Assembly (NCBI GenBank): GCA_965655095.1 | Contig: OZ296655.1 | Location: forward strand, 46,438,001 to 46,502,000 | Direction: 5' to 3' | Length of the DNA stretch: 64,000 nt | From: Haplodiscus bocki | Lineage: Eukaryota | Shown here: in pieces, positions 10,245-20,699 of the stretch | Layout: the number at the start of each line of letters is the position of its first letter | How positions within the stretch are numbered: the first letter of the stretch is position 1 | Notes under the pieces: generated by a model | Database searches by the model: none | Seen by the model: the letters and a program-made list of their open reading frames with translations, nothing else | Told to the model about the DNA's origin: nothing | Program-made: the position numbers and the translations under genes

Positions 10245-10838
10245 TTACAAAGATTTAATTTTAAAAGATACTAAATTACTATCAAGATTACCGTCACCAT
10301 CAAGAAAACAATCTACAATTTTTACTAGTTCGATTTGAAATTTAGTTTTTTTAACTTTTTCAGTTCTTTCTGCAAACATGGAACCACTGGTCTGCGTTGT
10401 TTTTGTCTTTTGAACGGAGCTGAACAAATGTTTTTTGTACTTTTTCCTCAAATGTTTCTTTATTGCAATGCTCGACATTCTGTTAACTCCTTCGTTTCTG
10501 CGATTAAAGTCAACTGCTCGTTGCACGTTATCAAACACCTGACCACTCTTTGCAATAACTTTTCCACTGAATCGATACTTGAATAGTGTATACAGACAGT
10601 CGATGTGTTGATAGGTGAAGCAAAATGTATCCAACTTCTTTAGAAGCTCTTGAATATTTCCAGGTAGTATAATATGATATTTACAAGCGGGTAAAAAACA
10701 CGTCTTTTCATCGTGATGAGCGATGCAGTAGTCTTTACAAAATATGTATTTTTCATATGTAGATGCAGAGATGAAGAGACTTTCTTCTGAAATTCTTGCG
10801 TAAAAGCTGGGTATTGATTGTAGCATAAAGGCTGCCAT
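10245..10838 (-). CDS. Polinton hypothetical protein, 197 aa, Cys/His cluster and basic patch
   Basis: Intact ORF, stop-to-stop with the 59-aa ORF; FCKDYCIAHHDEKTCFLPACKYH and KKHLRKKYKK. Confidence 0.7.
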   Translation of the reverse strand: MAAFMLQSIPSFYARISEESLFISASTYEKYIFCKDYCIAHHDEKTCFLPACKYHIILPGNIQELLKKLDTFCFTYQHIDCLYTLFKYRFSGKVIAKSGQVFDNVQRAVDFNRRNEGVNRMSSIAIKKHLRKKYKKHLFSSVQKTKTTQTSGSMFAERTEKVKKTKFQIELVKIVDCFLDGDGNLDSNLVSFKIKSL

Positions 10839-10969
10839 CTTGCCTCCCTGCCGTACGCTTGCGCTCCCTTCCGCTGAAGCTCCCTTCTATCGCGTCGTAA
10901 TTTTAACAAATGAATCTGAAAAGAAGAACTTTTAATTTTAGTTGTACAAACCTACCAAAAAACGAAAGA

Positions 10970-11075
10970 GGTTCCATAAATGGAAATTTCACGTGACAAT
11001 GACCGACAAAGGAAAGAATCTCTTTATATGGAAATGTCACGTGACAATGACCAAAAAAGATGCGTATATAAGTAA
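10970..11075. promoter_or_regulatory. Divergent promoter: two CArG/E-box direct repeats followed by a TATA box
   Basis: ATGGAAATKTCACGTGACAATGACC twice (~10980-11004, ~11028-11052), then TATATAAG at 11065-11072. Confidence 0.65.
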
Positions 11076-11157
11076 CGAAAAGCAGCTTCAAAATCATTCT
11101 TTAACTTTCATTCACTTAAGTAACTTTCAGCTGCCAGCATTCTATCTCGTTCACCCA

Positions 11158-11737
11158 TGGCTCACAACACTACTGCTTCCTTGGACAAGCTAACTTGCAC
11201 CGACTATGTGGACTTTGGCAAGTGTCAAGGCAGATTTGGGCAATTTTCTTGGACCAAAAGTGACTCCAACTACTTGGATATTAAACTAAAAGTGTTCAAG
11301 AGTCAAGACAAAAATGCCGAATTTCGACTGAGACAAAACCTTTCAATGGGAAAGCTGATTTCAATCAGTTTATTCGACAAAGAAATCAACTAGTTGTTGG
11401 AGCAGACAACTTTCTCAGAGAACAAAATTTGTTGCCAGTTCTTCAATCTGCACTGCCCAAAGACATGGATGAGCAACTGAAGCTTGTTCACAAGGTGATT
11501 GACGTTGTGGATCGCCCAAACAGAAAGATTTGTGTGACACTGCTGAGATACAAAGTGGGCAATCCAGAAACTTCTTATGCTCAATTTCGTCTATTCGGAC
11601 GGAAGAATGAGGAAGGAAAATTTCAGCAAATTGTGTATGTCAAGTATAAACTTGTCGAATTTGTATATCTTCTTGACGTCATGAATTCAGTGTATGATAA
11701 AGTAATTGCTAACCAACCCATTTGTAATATTATATAA
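11158..11737 (+). pseudogene. Polinton protein with two tandem PC4-like domains; frameshift near 11350
   Basis: The two annotated ORFs (11157..11393, 11429..11737) join as ...YLDIKLKVFK...NLSMG/EADFNQFIRQRNQL...KICVTLLRY...YAQFRLF...KLVEFVYLLDVM. Confidence 0.6.
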
Positions 11738-11894
11738 AAGGTGATTGCAACTATTTACTCTAATCATTTATCCTTTTTAATCCAGTCAGGATGAATTGGA
11801 AGATTGGAGATAATAGAAACCTCCTTCTCACGCTAAAAACAAAATTTGGACTGTATCATGTTGAACTTATAATAAAGACTCTCCTGAAAAAATT

Positions 11895-12206
11895 ATGCTA
11901 ACTCTGGTAGAAACTCAGCAATTACCAGATATTGAAAAGGTTGATTCAAAAGATGAAATTTCTTGTTTACAACGGACAGTTTACATTGGTAGGAGAAAAG
12001 TATGCATCAACTTTCAAACTGATACAGACAAGGTGAACATTGTCGTGTACCGCTATCGAAACATTAGGTATCTCAAGGACACTGAAATGGATATAAAATT
12101 GACTGAATACAAAAAGGTTCTTGCTAAGCGCGTTTACCTCTTGACCTACATTGACATTTTCTACAAGCGGTACATTGTATTGGATGAAACAACTGTTCAT
12201 AATTAA
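11895..12206 (+). CDS. Polinton hypothetical protein, 103 aa, possibly PC4-like
   Basis: Intact ORF; RRKVCINF..VNIVVYRY..IKLTEYKKVL parallels the second domain of the preceding gene. Confidence 0.6.
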   Translation: MLTLVETQQLPDIEKVDSKDEISCLQRTVYIGRRKVCINFQTDTDKVNIVVYRYRNIRYLKDTEMDIKLTEYKKVLAKRVYLLTYIDIFYKRYIVLDETTVHN

Positions 12207-12634
12207 AACAAACTCTGACAAGAATGGATATTCTCTTTCTAATTAGCGTTTTCCGATTGTACACGGGATTTAAAATGTCATTTGAACACAACAGTGTTCG
12301 CAAAAACCTATTTCTAAGTGCATGTTTCTGTTGCGATTCTGGACTTTCTTTACATGAGATGGACCAAAAATTTAAATTTGGTGGACTCATTGGTTATGGA
12401 AAATCCTATTTGGACTCTGTATTTCGTTACTCCAAAGTATTCAGACTGCATGCAAAATTAAATGATGCTGCTGGAGCTGTGCGAGCACATAGTAGCAAAG
12501 GACCTGGCTACTGCTACATGATTGGTCGAGGTCCGAATTCTTGCCTGCTTGGTCACGTGATTGGACTACTCTTTTGCCTTTACGTAAAAATCTTTCTACC
12601 CTCCATTTTCAACTCTGTCGACTTTTGAAACAGT

Positions 12635-13091
12635 ATGTCCTGCATTGTACTAGATATAGAGCTAACTGATGAAAACGTCATTAAAGAACTGGGTCTTTTT
12701 ATTGATGGTTCTGTACAAGGATTTTCAATTTGTCCACCAAAGGCTTTTAAACCTAATAAACAGACAATATGGAATACACGTCATTTACATGGAATTGCGT
12801 GGAGTAGTGGAAAACTGGATTATGATAAGCTCTTTGCTGTCTTTTACGACATAAAGGTAATGAAGGCAGAAGTGTCTGCTAAGGGACTCGAAAACGGTAG
12901 ACTGTTGACCAGACTTTTCGGACAGAATGTAGAAAATTGGGATGACTATGGTTGACCAAAAATCCAAAATCTTGTCAAAACGGACAGTTTGCGGATCTGC
13001 TCTATTTAACCTTTCCAACACAAAACAAGGCTTCACCTGTGCCGAGAGGAAAGCAAAGGTGTACGGAGATTGGGCTAGGCATCATTTATAA
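12635..13091 (+). pseudogene. DEDD/DnaQ-like nuclease
   Basis: N-terminal CIVLDIE (DxE), HLHGIAWSSG, AKGLE; premature stop at 12953-12955; frameshifted tail ending AERKAKVYGDWARHHL*. Confidence 0.65.
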
Positions 13092-13192
13092 TTTCTGTAC
13101 GTGTTTAATGTGTTTGTGTTTACTGCTAATTTAATTCTTTCAACTCGACATGATTTCTTCATTCATTTTCAGAAATTGAGCTTCGGAAACAG

Positions 13193-13453
13193 ATGACTGA
13201 TCAAGAAGATAACATTAGTCTAGGTAAAATTGTCTTTGACGACAACAATCAAGAGAGAAAATCTTGGGCTTGTTTGGGACAAACCTGTTCCAGATCGCTG
13301 ATTGTGTTTCTGTCCCAACTTTTTGTTATTTTGTTGATCATCTTTGGATGTTTTTGGAGAATTCACCTCTCAAAAACTTGTGACGAATCAACTGTTTGGG
13401 TTGGAACTTTGTGCAGTGCCGCAGGATACATTTTACCCTCACCAAGGCTATGA
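13193..13453 (+). CDS. Small two-TM membrane protein, 86 aa
   Basis: Intact; hydrophobic SLIVFLSQLFVILLIIFGCFW and VWVGTLCSAAGYILPSP; its stop overlaps the ATPase start (ATGA). Confidence 0.8.
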   Translation: MTDQEDNISLGKIVFDDNNQERKSWACLGQTCSRSLIVFLSQLFVILLIIFGCFWRIHLSKTCDESTVWVGTLCSAAGYILPSPRL

Positions 13454-14362
13454 ACAGGTTGTTTTCCACAAAGAATCGAGTGTTTATTTTATTGGTTGGT
13501 CCTTCCGAAACTGGAAAAACGCAGCTTATTTACAATTGGCTAAAAATTGAAACATTTCAACCAAGGTTTGACAAGTTATACTTTTTCTATCAACATTCCC
13601 AACCTCTTTACGATGTTATGCAAAAGGAAATTGAAAATCTCGAGTAAACTTTCAATTTATTGATTCGCTAAAAAACAACGGTACAAAGTACTTGTTAATT
13701 TTTGACGATTCTTGTGAAGAGATTTGCAATTCAAATGCCTTTGTTGACATTGCCACTGCTGGGAGACATCGTGGTCTGAGCACAATCTACATTAAACTCA
13801 ACCTTTTTCACCAGATCAAACTAGGAACACTCACATTGTTCTCTTCAAGTCTCCTCGTGACGGAATGCAAGTAACTACCCTTAGGACATAGTTGGGTCTT
13901 GGATCAGAACTAGTTGACTGGTATCGGGATGCAACGTCTGTTCCCTTTGGTCATTTGTTGATTGATTTGTCACCGCGAACAGACGATAGATTACGTTATT
14001 GCAAAAACAGTGGATCTGTTCCGTCAAAATTTTATATTCCCGAACGTTCAAAGCATTTAAGGATTTTGGAAGATGACAACACAAAATCTCTCTACTCACC
14101 AAGTGTTCCAATCACTTTCCCGCAATTGCAAAAGTCACTTTCCTCGGTCTTGACCGAAAAAGTTTATCCGGTTTTTATGCGAATGCATAGTAAATCTACT
14201 CAAAGGAAACTCGCAAGCCATAAAAAGACATCACGTGGTAAAGTTTCAAGACGAAGTTTGGTTACTATTGCTAAAAAGAACAATTTGGAAGCAAAGAAGA
14301 AACGTTCTGTCGTCAACAAAAGGATTGCAACTAATAGCAGTTATTCCAACTCCCGTCATTAA
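13450..14362 (+). pseudogene. A32/FtsK-like DNA-packaging ATPase, frameshifted
   Basis: Walker A GPSETGKT, Walker B LLIFDD, AGRHRG and C-terminal PFGHLLIDLSP, split over several frames; basic tail. Confidence 0.92.
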
Positions 14363-14376
14363 TCATTTGTCTTGAT

Positions 14377-14781
14377 ATGGAGCGGTTTGTTCTCGTCCCA
14401 GCTTCTGTGTTTAACAAGAGTGTAACTGCGCAATCTGTTACAAAGAAGGAACTTCCAAAGTATACAACTGAACAACCTCCCACGTACCAAATTGATTCTC
14501 TAAACCTTAACAAGAAACTGTTTGACAAAGCAGACCCCATAATAGACAAGATTTTATCCTGTTCTCGCATCAAGCTTTCAAATTCGCAAACAATAATTTT
14601 GGATGGTGTTGATACTGGAGTTTTGATCTTAGACTTTAGTCTATATTTGCGTTGAAAAAATTCAGACGTTCCAGACATTTACTTTACTTTACTCGACGTA
14701 GCTGGATTATCACCCTCTCTAGTTTTTAACTAGAATGCCAAAGCTAAAGAAAGAGGAAGCTGGGTCCCTTTCAAAGTATGA
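14377..14781 (+). pseudogene. Polinton hypothetical protein upstream of integrase (two in-frame stops)
   Basis: MERFVLVP...LYLR*KNSDVPDIYFTLLDVAGLSPSLVFN*NAKAKERGSWVPFKV* reads in one frame. Confidence 0.65.
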
Positions 14782-15673
14782 ACGTCAGAAGCTGCAAAGA
14801 TTGTATACGCAAGGTGCTGCTGCTTACGGTTCTGTACGCAACTTGGCATAAACTAGCAGATTACCAGTATCAAAGGTTAGACAGTTTTTACATTCAAAGG
14901 ATTCTTATACAAAATTTACTTTGGCAGCGGGAAAATGCAAGAGAATGGGGGCTTTTGCTACATTCAGAAACGAAATTTGGTGCATGGATCTTGCTTACGT
15001 TGATAATTTGGCAAAAGAAAATAATGGTGTAAAGTATTTACTATTTCGTCGAGGCTTGTTTGATAGAACTGTAAACGCTAAAGGAATGAAAACAAAAGTT
15101 TCCCAAGAAACTGTGAAAGCCTTTTCATCCATGATTACAAAAAGGAATCGACCAAAAAAGATTTGGGTCGACAAGGGAACAGAAATTGCTGGAGCGTTTA
15201 AAAAGTTTTGTGCTGCTGAGGGGATACAAGTTTACTCTACAATGAGTGAGACTAAGGCTGCTTTTGCTGAGCGTACAATACGATCATTGAAAAATATTCT
15301 CTACCGTTACATGGAAGATTATGGGTACAAGTATATACACAAACTCCCTCAATTTATCACTACCTTAAACTCTAGAAGAAACAGTTTGACAGGTATGAGA
15401 GCCAATAGCGTAAAGAATTGCGACTTTATGTCTATTCTTTACAGTAAGCCTTTACGAGAATTCAAGAAGCCTACATTCAAAATTGGTGGCAGAGTGCAAA
15501 TCTCAAAGTATGATTTGCCTTTTCGCAAAGGTTACAAGCCGCAGTTTACACAAGAAGTTTTTAAAATTGTAGCAATTGCAACAAGAAAACGACCAACATA
15601 CACAATCAAAGATGAGCAAGGCGAGGTTATTCAAGGCAAATTTTATCAAAAAAAGCTGATTAAAGTCATTTAA
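14735..15673 (+). pseudogene. Retroviral-like (RVE) DDE integrase, one in-frame stop at 14849-14851
   Basis: MPKLKKEE...YGSVRNLA*...WCMDL...WVDKGTE...AFAERTIRSLK; C-terminal FKIGGRVQISK...FRKGYKPQFTQEVF; no chromodomain seen. Confidence 0.95.
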
Positions 15674-15675
15674 CA

Positions 15676-16478
15676 ATGGATTCATTTACAATAGTGTTGG
15701 TTTCTAACGCTTCTGGAGAATTTTTTCCAGGCAATACACTCAGTTCTTTTTCGAACTTTTTACCAGAACAAGTAAATTTGGAGGGCAATGGGAGGTTGCA
15801 ATTTCAGAAATATCCTACCCATCAATGTACCAAAACATAACGGAGGGATATTTCAAGTTTTTTGACGAGAAACTTTCAAAATCTACGTCAACCTACAATC
15901 TAGAACCTGGGCTATACACTATTATCACAGACATTGTGGAAGCCATGAATACGCTTTTTCAACAGAGGAACAACCACTACGAAACTTGCATAACAGTCAA
16001 AGTTTCTCGCAGAACACAAAAAATTGTAATTATGCTTGCAAACGATACCTCTGGTCTGGCATTCTGTAGCACCGACTTGAGTCACATTTTTGGTAAGAAT
16101 GTGGGAAACCCATTTTGGACACTGATGAAAGGAAAAGGTCCTCATGAACCACAATTTGCCTACGACATTGTTTGTATACATTCGCTGATGATTTACAGTG
16201 ACCTAATAGAGTACAACATTGTTGGAGACACAAAAGCTCCCTTGCTACGATACTTTCCCTTTATCTCAAAGCTAAAGGGAGGAGACATTATAACAAGTAG
16301 ACAGTACATGAACTATCAGACATTCAGTAACCTACAGTTTAGACCACTGCTCAAAAATTTTTTTCATAGTATACACATTGAACTGAGAGACACATCTGGT
16401 GAAAAAATACCCTCTGTATCTGTCGGTATCACTCGGCTTGTTTTGATGTTTAGAAAGGTGTCCAGCATTCATTTTTAA
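15676..16478 (+). pseudogene. Minor capsid (penton-like) protein, frameshift near 15785
   Basis: MDSFTIVLVSNASGEFFPGNTLSSFSNFLPEQVNLE/QWEVAISEISYP...YSDLIEYNIVGDTKAPLLR...IHIELRDTSGEKI. Confidence 0.85.
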
Positions 16479-16496
16479 CACATACGATACTACAAG

Positions 16497-16922
16497 ATGG
16501 TTGCTTCAAGACAAGTTGAAATTCCATATTATAGAGCGGTTGGAAGACAGAGGGGAAGGGGATTTGGGGCTCTTGCACAAGTTATTGGCGGAACTGCAAT
16601 TCCATTTTTGCCTAAATATGCCGTCCCAGCTGCAAAACGCGTAGGTGCTGACTTGTTGGAATTTGCTGCGCCAGAAATCGCAGAGGTTGATAGTGGTAGA
16701 AAGAATTTCAAGATGGCTGCAAAGACTGTGGGGAAGCAAACTCTGACAAAACAATTGGGGCAAGGGAGCCGCAGGCAGAAGGGAGCCATAGGCAGAAGGG
16801 AGCTTGCGTACAGGAGGCTGGGAGGTAGCAGGAAAAGGACTGGAAGCAGAATCATTCCAACAAAATCTACTAAACAATCCAGTTGGCCGCGAAGAGACAT
16901 TTTTAAAAACATTTCTCGTTGA
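16497..16922 (+). CDS. Basic Gly/Arg-rich putative virion core protein
   Basis: Intact; RQRGRGFG followed by an amphipathic segment, QLGQG and LGG sites, very basic C-terminus; lies between the capsid genes. Confidence 0.75.
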   Translation: MVASRQVEIPYYRAVGRQRGRGFGALAQVIGGTAIPFLPKYAVPAAKRVGADLLEFAAPEIAEVDSGRKNFKMAAKTVGKQTLTKQLGQGSRRQKGAIGRRELAYRRLGGSRKRTGSRIIPTKSTKQSSWPRRDIFKNISR

Positions 16923-16924
16923 TC

Positions 16925-18304
16925 ATGTCAAACAACAATTTTCGGTACAAACCTTTTGCGGCAGTGTCTGGAAATCTTGGAGGGAAAGACCCAATTGTTG
17001 ACGATGTTCTGTCCTCGCAGGAACAAGACTTTTATCTAACTACCTCACTTGATGAAAACTGCATAGAGTTTGAATTTGAAACGCATCGGGACTATTACGT
17101 TGATTTGAGACAGTCTTTTTTGTCATTGAAGCTCAAATTTGTCAAGGGTCGTGGTTACGATACATACGAGAGTAAGGAAAAGAAAAAGGAGCACAAAGAT
17201 GAGTCTGTTGTTTTTACTGAAACAGGTGATGACGAAGAAGAAGAAAACGAAGTAGCTCGAGTTATCTATGTAAACAACAAAATGCATTCAATATTTTCAA
17301 ATGTTGAAGTGTACATTAACAATCAGCAGATTTACAATTCCAATGGACTCTATGCACACAAGTCTTACATTTCAAACAACTTTAAAACAGCCATCTCTGA
17401 TTACAAGAGACAAAAGAGTTTTGCATTGTGAAGGCTATGACTACGAAAAGGATCCTGAGGATATTAGTAACCCCTACCTGATCCCTTATTTACAAGGAGA
17501 ATGAAACTGCTAAGTAGACCTGACGGTTCTATGTTGTATGGCTAATTGGGGATTGACTTTTTCTCAACTTCTGGAATGCTCTATCCAAATATGAAAATTA
17601 GCCTGCGACTAATTAGAGCAAGACCCAATTTTTACATGATTAGCGGCAACTCCAATGTCAGTCTTGGAATTCTGGATTGTTCTCTTTACACTCGTCGTAT
17701 TGCTCTCAAGGATAATTATCACAAAAAGAGAATGGACATGCTCGCTTATGCTCCTGTGGAATACAACTATTTGGAGACTTTGGCAAAGACATTCATCAGA
17801 CCTGCGAGACAAAACCAATTCATTCAACAAAACATTTTCAACAATGCTCCCATTCGTCGGATTGCTATTAAAGTGAACACAAACTCTGCCTTTACTGGTT
17901 CTTTTACAGAAAACCCATTCTGGTATCAAAAGTTTGATCTCAGACAAATTAGAATACTCAGAGGGGGACAGCCAATTGTAGATTTTGATACTGCTGACAA
18001 TTGACGTCTATATGTGAGTACCATGAAAGCAATGAACTTTCAGGATGATATTCCCTCAAATCCCCATTGATGATTAATCATTTCAAAGATCACTATGTGC
18101 TGGTGTTTGACTTGACTTCAATGCAAGACACTGCTGAAAACTGTCACTATCCTGTAAAAATATATCTGAACTGTTGGAGAACCACTGAGACATGAGCAAA
18201 ATTTTACCAATCCTTTTGAAAACGTTTCTGAACTCATTGTATTGGGTGAACGAATGTCGTCGGTTGCAGTTCACAAGTTTGGTGTTGTTGCAAAGAAGGT
18301 GTAA
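16925..18304 (+). pseudogene. Major capsid protein (double jelly-roll type), frameshifted
   Basis: CIEFEF..YYVDLRQSFLSLKLK, VNNKMHSIFSNVEVYINNQQI, YAHKSYI, PIRRIAI..SAFTGSFTENPFWYQKFDL, YVLVFDLTS; ~460 codons immediately before the protease. Confidence 0.85.
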
Positions 18305-18306
18305 AA

Positions 18307-18702
18307 ATGGATATTTTTCCTCTGCAACAAATTATCAATCGTATCCCTCTGCTCAAAATTTGGTACCTCGGTTCATTCCCCTCAGATCATGTTCCATCTC
18401 TTGATAATGACACTTTTGCTAATATCAACACGAAAACCAGCAATATGCAGGGTGAACATTGGATCATGATTGCAAATTTCCGAGACGAATTATATTTTGC
18501 AGACTCTCTTGGATATAAAGGCTACAGTTTTCTCAACAACCAGCACTACAAGCAGATGATGCCAGCACCCCTACAGTCTCACCCAAGTGTATGCGGCTTT
18601 TATACAATATATGCAGCATTTCATCTCTTCAAGTTTCAGCAGAAAGAAATTACAGGGGTTCACCCTGTTAATGTACTCTCTTTTATAAGTAATTACGTGT
18701 AA
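18307..18702 (+). CDS. Adenain-like (Ulp1 clan) cysteine maturation protease
   Basis: Intact; GEHW (His), FADSLG (Asp), LQSHPSVCGFY (Gln, Cys). Confidence 0.92.
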   Translation: MDIFPLQQIINRIPLLKIWYLGSFPSDHVPSLDNDTFANINTKTSNMQGEHWIMIANFRDELYFADSLGYKGYSFLNNQHYKQMMPAPLQSHPSVCGFYTIYAAFHLFKFQQKEITGVHPVNVLSFISNYV

Positions 18703-18720
18703 TCCTTGTATGTAAATGTG

Positions 18721-19316
18721 CAGTTTATATTATGTTTTTGTCCATTTTTTTATCTTTTTATTAACTTTTTCAAACTATTACACAACCTTTTTAAATAGCA
18801 TTAAGTCATATCATTATCCGCAGGCGTATTAATTAACCGCAGCCGTATTAATTATCCGCAGGCGTATTAAATATCCGCAGGCGTAATAATTATACGCGCG
18901 GGCGGCGTGCACCCAAAAATTTTCGAAACTCTTTTCGAAAAAATCTCACCGTGCTGAAAAATGTCGCACAGTGCCGAAAATATCCTATACCATATCTGAA
19001 TACATGCATTACCTATCTTAATACATTGACTCGGCTTTCGGCTCTCCGATCCATATCTTAATACATTGCCGACTCGGCAACCAATCAGAATCTAGTGTCA
19101 CCCGAGTCGTCAGCCAATCAGAATCGAGTATTACGTCACCCGAGTCGTCAGCCAATCAGAATCGAGCAATACGTCACCCGAGAGCTCTCGGCTAGGGTTG
19201 AATACCCTTTTCGGCTCTGGGTTCGAGTCGGCTCGCTATAGCCCATCTCAATACATGAGGGTCTTCAACCCCCAAAACCCCCCCCCCCCACCACCTCAGC
19301 TCACACTCTTACTACT
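18721..19316 (-). repeat. Polinton right TIR including C-tract and terminal ACTACT
   Basis: Inverted match to 1466-1961 up to 19263, followed by a C-rich stretch and ...CTCTTACTACT. Confidence 0.92.
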
Positions 19317-19781
19317 AACATTGTTTTGCGCAGTATATCTTGGTCTAGCCTAGTCTTATTTCCGCAATACTCCAAAAAAGCATAAAATATAAATCTGAAA
19401 TCGACTCAAAGCTTAAGTACATTCTCGCCACATTAATTTGATTAGGTCGCCCATTGACTAAATTAACTATGCTTTATACAGTTTCATTTCAGATATATTG
19501 TTTTGTCGGACAACTTCTCAACTTTCTGCCTTTTCTGGTGGCTGGAAACCATTTTGTGGGAACATTACAGTTCTTGAAAAAACACTGAACAAAATCAGTT
19601 TTTTTCAAACGAGAACGGTAACGCAACAATTTAAAGAGATATTTGGTAAAATTTAAAAATTCAATGTATCCGTGGCATGTTTATCTAAGGAATTGTTCAA
19701 ACTGAGTCTGGGACTTCTTTCCATCTTCAAAAAGAGCTTGGAAAACTTTGTGGCCGACCATGTCACTTTGGTTTCATAATA

Positions 19782-20035
19782 ACCCGGGTTGACCTAACAT
19801 GAAAGTCATACACTGTCCATTTTATGGACCATACACTTCCATACGAAAAGAAACAGTTAATGATCTTGCAATCACATTCATGATATCATAAAATGACCAT
19901 TGAATGACTTCAATGACAATCTTTCTGACCAGTTACTGAACAGCATGATATCATATAATGACCATTGGATGACCGCAATGACGAACTTAATTACTAGTTA
20001 CTGAATCGCATGACATCATATAATGACCATTGCAG
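19782..20035. repeat. MITE-like fragment followed by three ~66-bp tandem units
   Basis: Starts ACCCGGGTTGACCT (related inverted end AGGTCGACCCGGG at 39289-39301); CATGAYATCATAWAATGACCATTG near 19879, 19944 and 20009. Confidence 0.55.
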
Positions 20036-20699
20036 CACCACAAGCGAAAAAACTGATGGAAAAAAGATTGTAGGAACAAAATCTGACTCTTAAGGAAATC
20101 CACCTCAAGGAATTCATCTTGTTCAACGCCTATTTAGTCTCAGCTGACCAATTACAACGTCTTGACACTCGTAAGGCCACCAACTAGCAGGTGCAAAATC
20201 GGTCCCAGAATAACAGAAAAATTAGAAACAAGAAAATTTTGTTTACATAAAGTAGCGCTTTCACAGCTGAAATTTTTAACTTTTATCGTTTTTTTCTGGT
20301 TCACCAAGTATTCACGACAATGAAGACATTGATAAGTAAAAGATGACCTATTAGTAGGCTGTTGTTCAATTTTTCAGACCGATGTTCACAAAATAACCTT
20401 TGTATGAAACGAAAAAAAATACTTGCTAGAAAGAGGCAGTTTTGGTCGTTTTCTCTACACAGCATGATGTCACTGAATGCAAGTTATTGACAAGAACAAA
20501 ACTGCATACGACGGTCTCCAAAACACATTCTCCCTTTCAGTCAAAATGCGAAACAAGCTCCAAAAAACGACAAGTGTTTTGAAAAACTATTCAAGGAACT
20601 AAATGTGACTCTTTAATAAAACTTCAATTAAGGAAAACAGCTTACGCCGAGGAAAACTCAAGGAGCCCAGAAAATGGGCGAGGTCTTGAATACTGCGTG

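Larger units (their letters stand above)
1466..19316. mobile_element. Polinton/Maverick endogenous virus, decayed copy, ~17.9 kb
   Basis: Long TIRs; canonical ACTACT right terminus at 19311-19316; pPolB, integrase, packaging ATPase, adenain protease and major/minor capsid genes all recognisable by motif. Confidence 0.97.

Noticed and set aside
10640-10760. HUH/Rep endonuclease motif in the 197-aa ORF
   Set aside because: KYHII lacks the first His of HUH and no convincing catalytic Tyr motif follows.
12224-12628. 134-aa ORF as a Polinton gene
   Set aside because: No recognisable motif; it may be real given its position but the sequence alone does not support a call.
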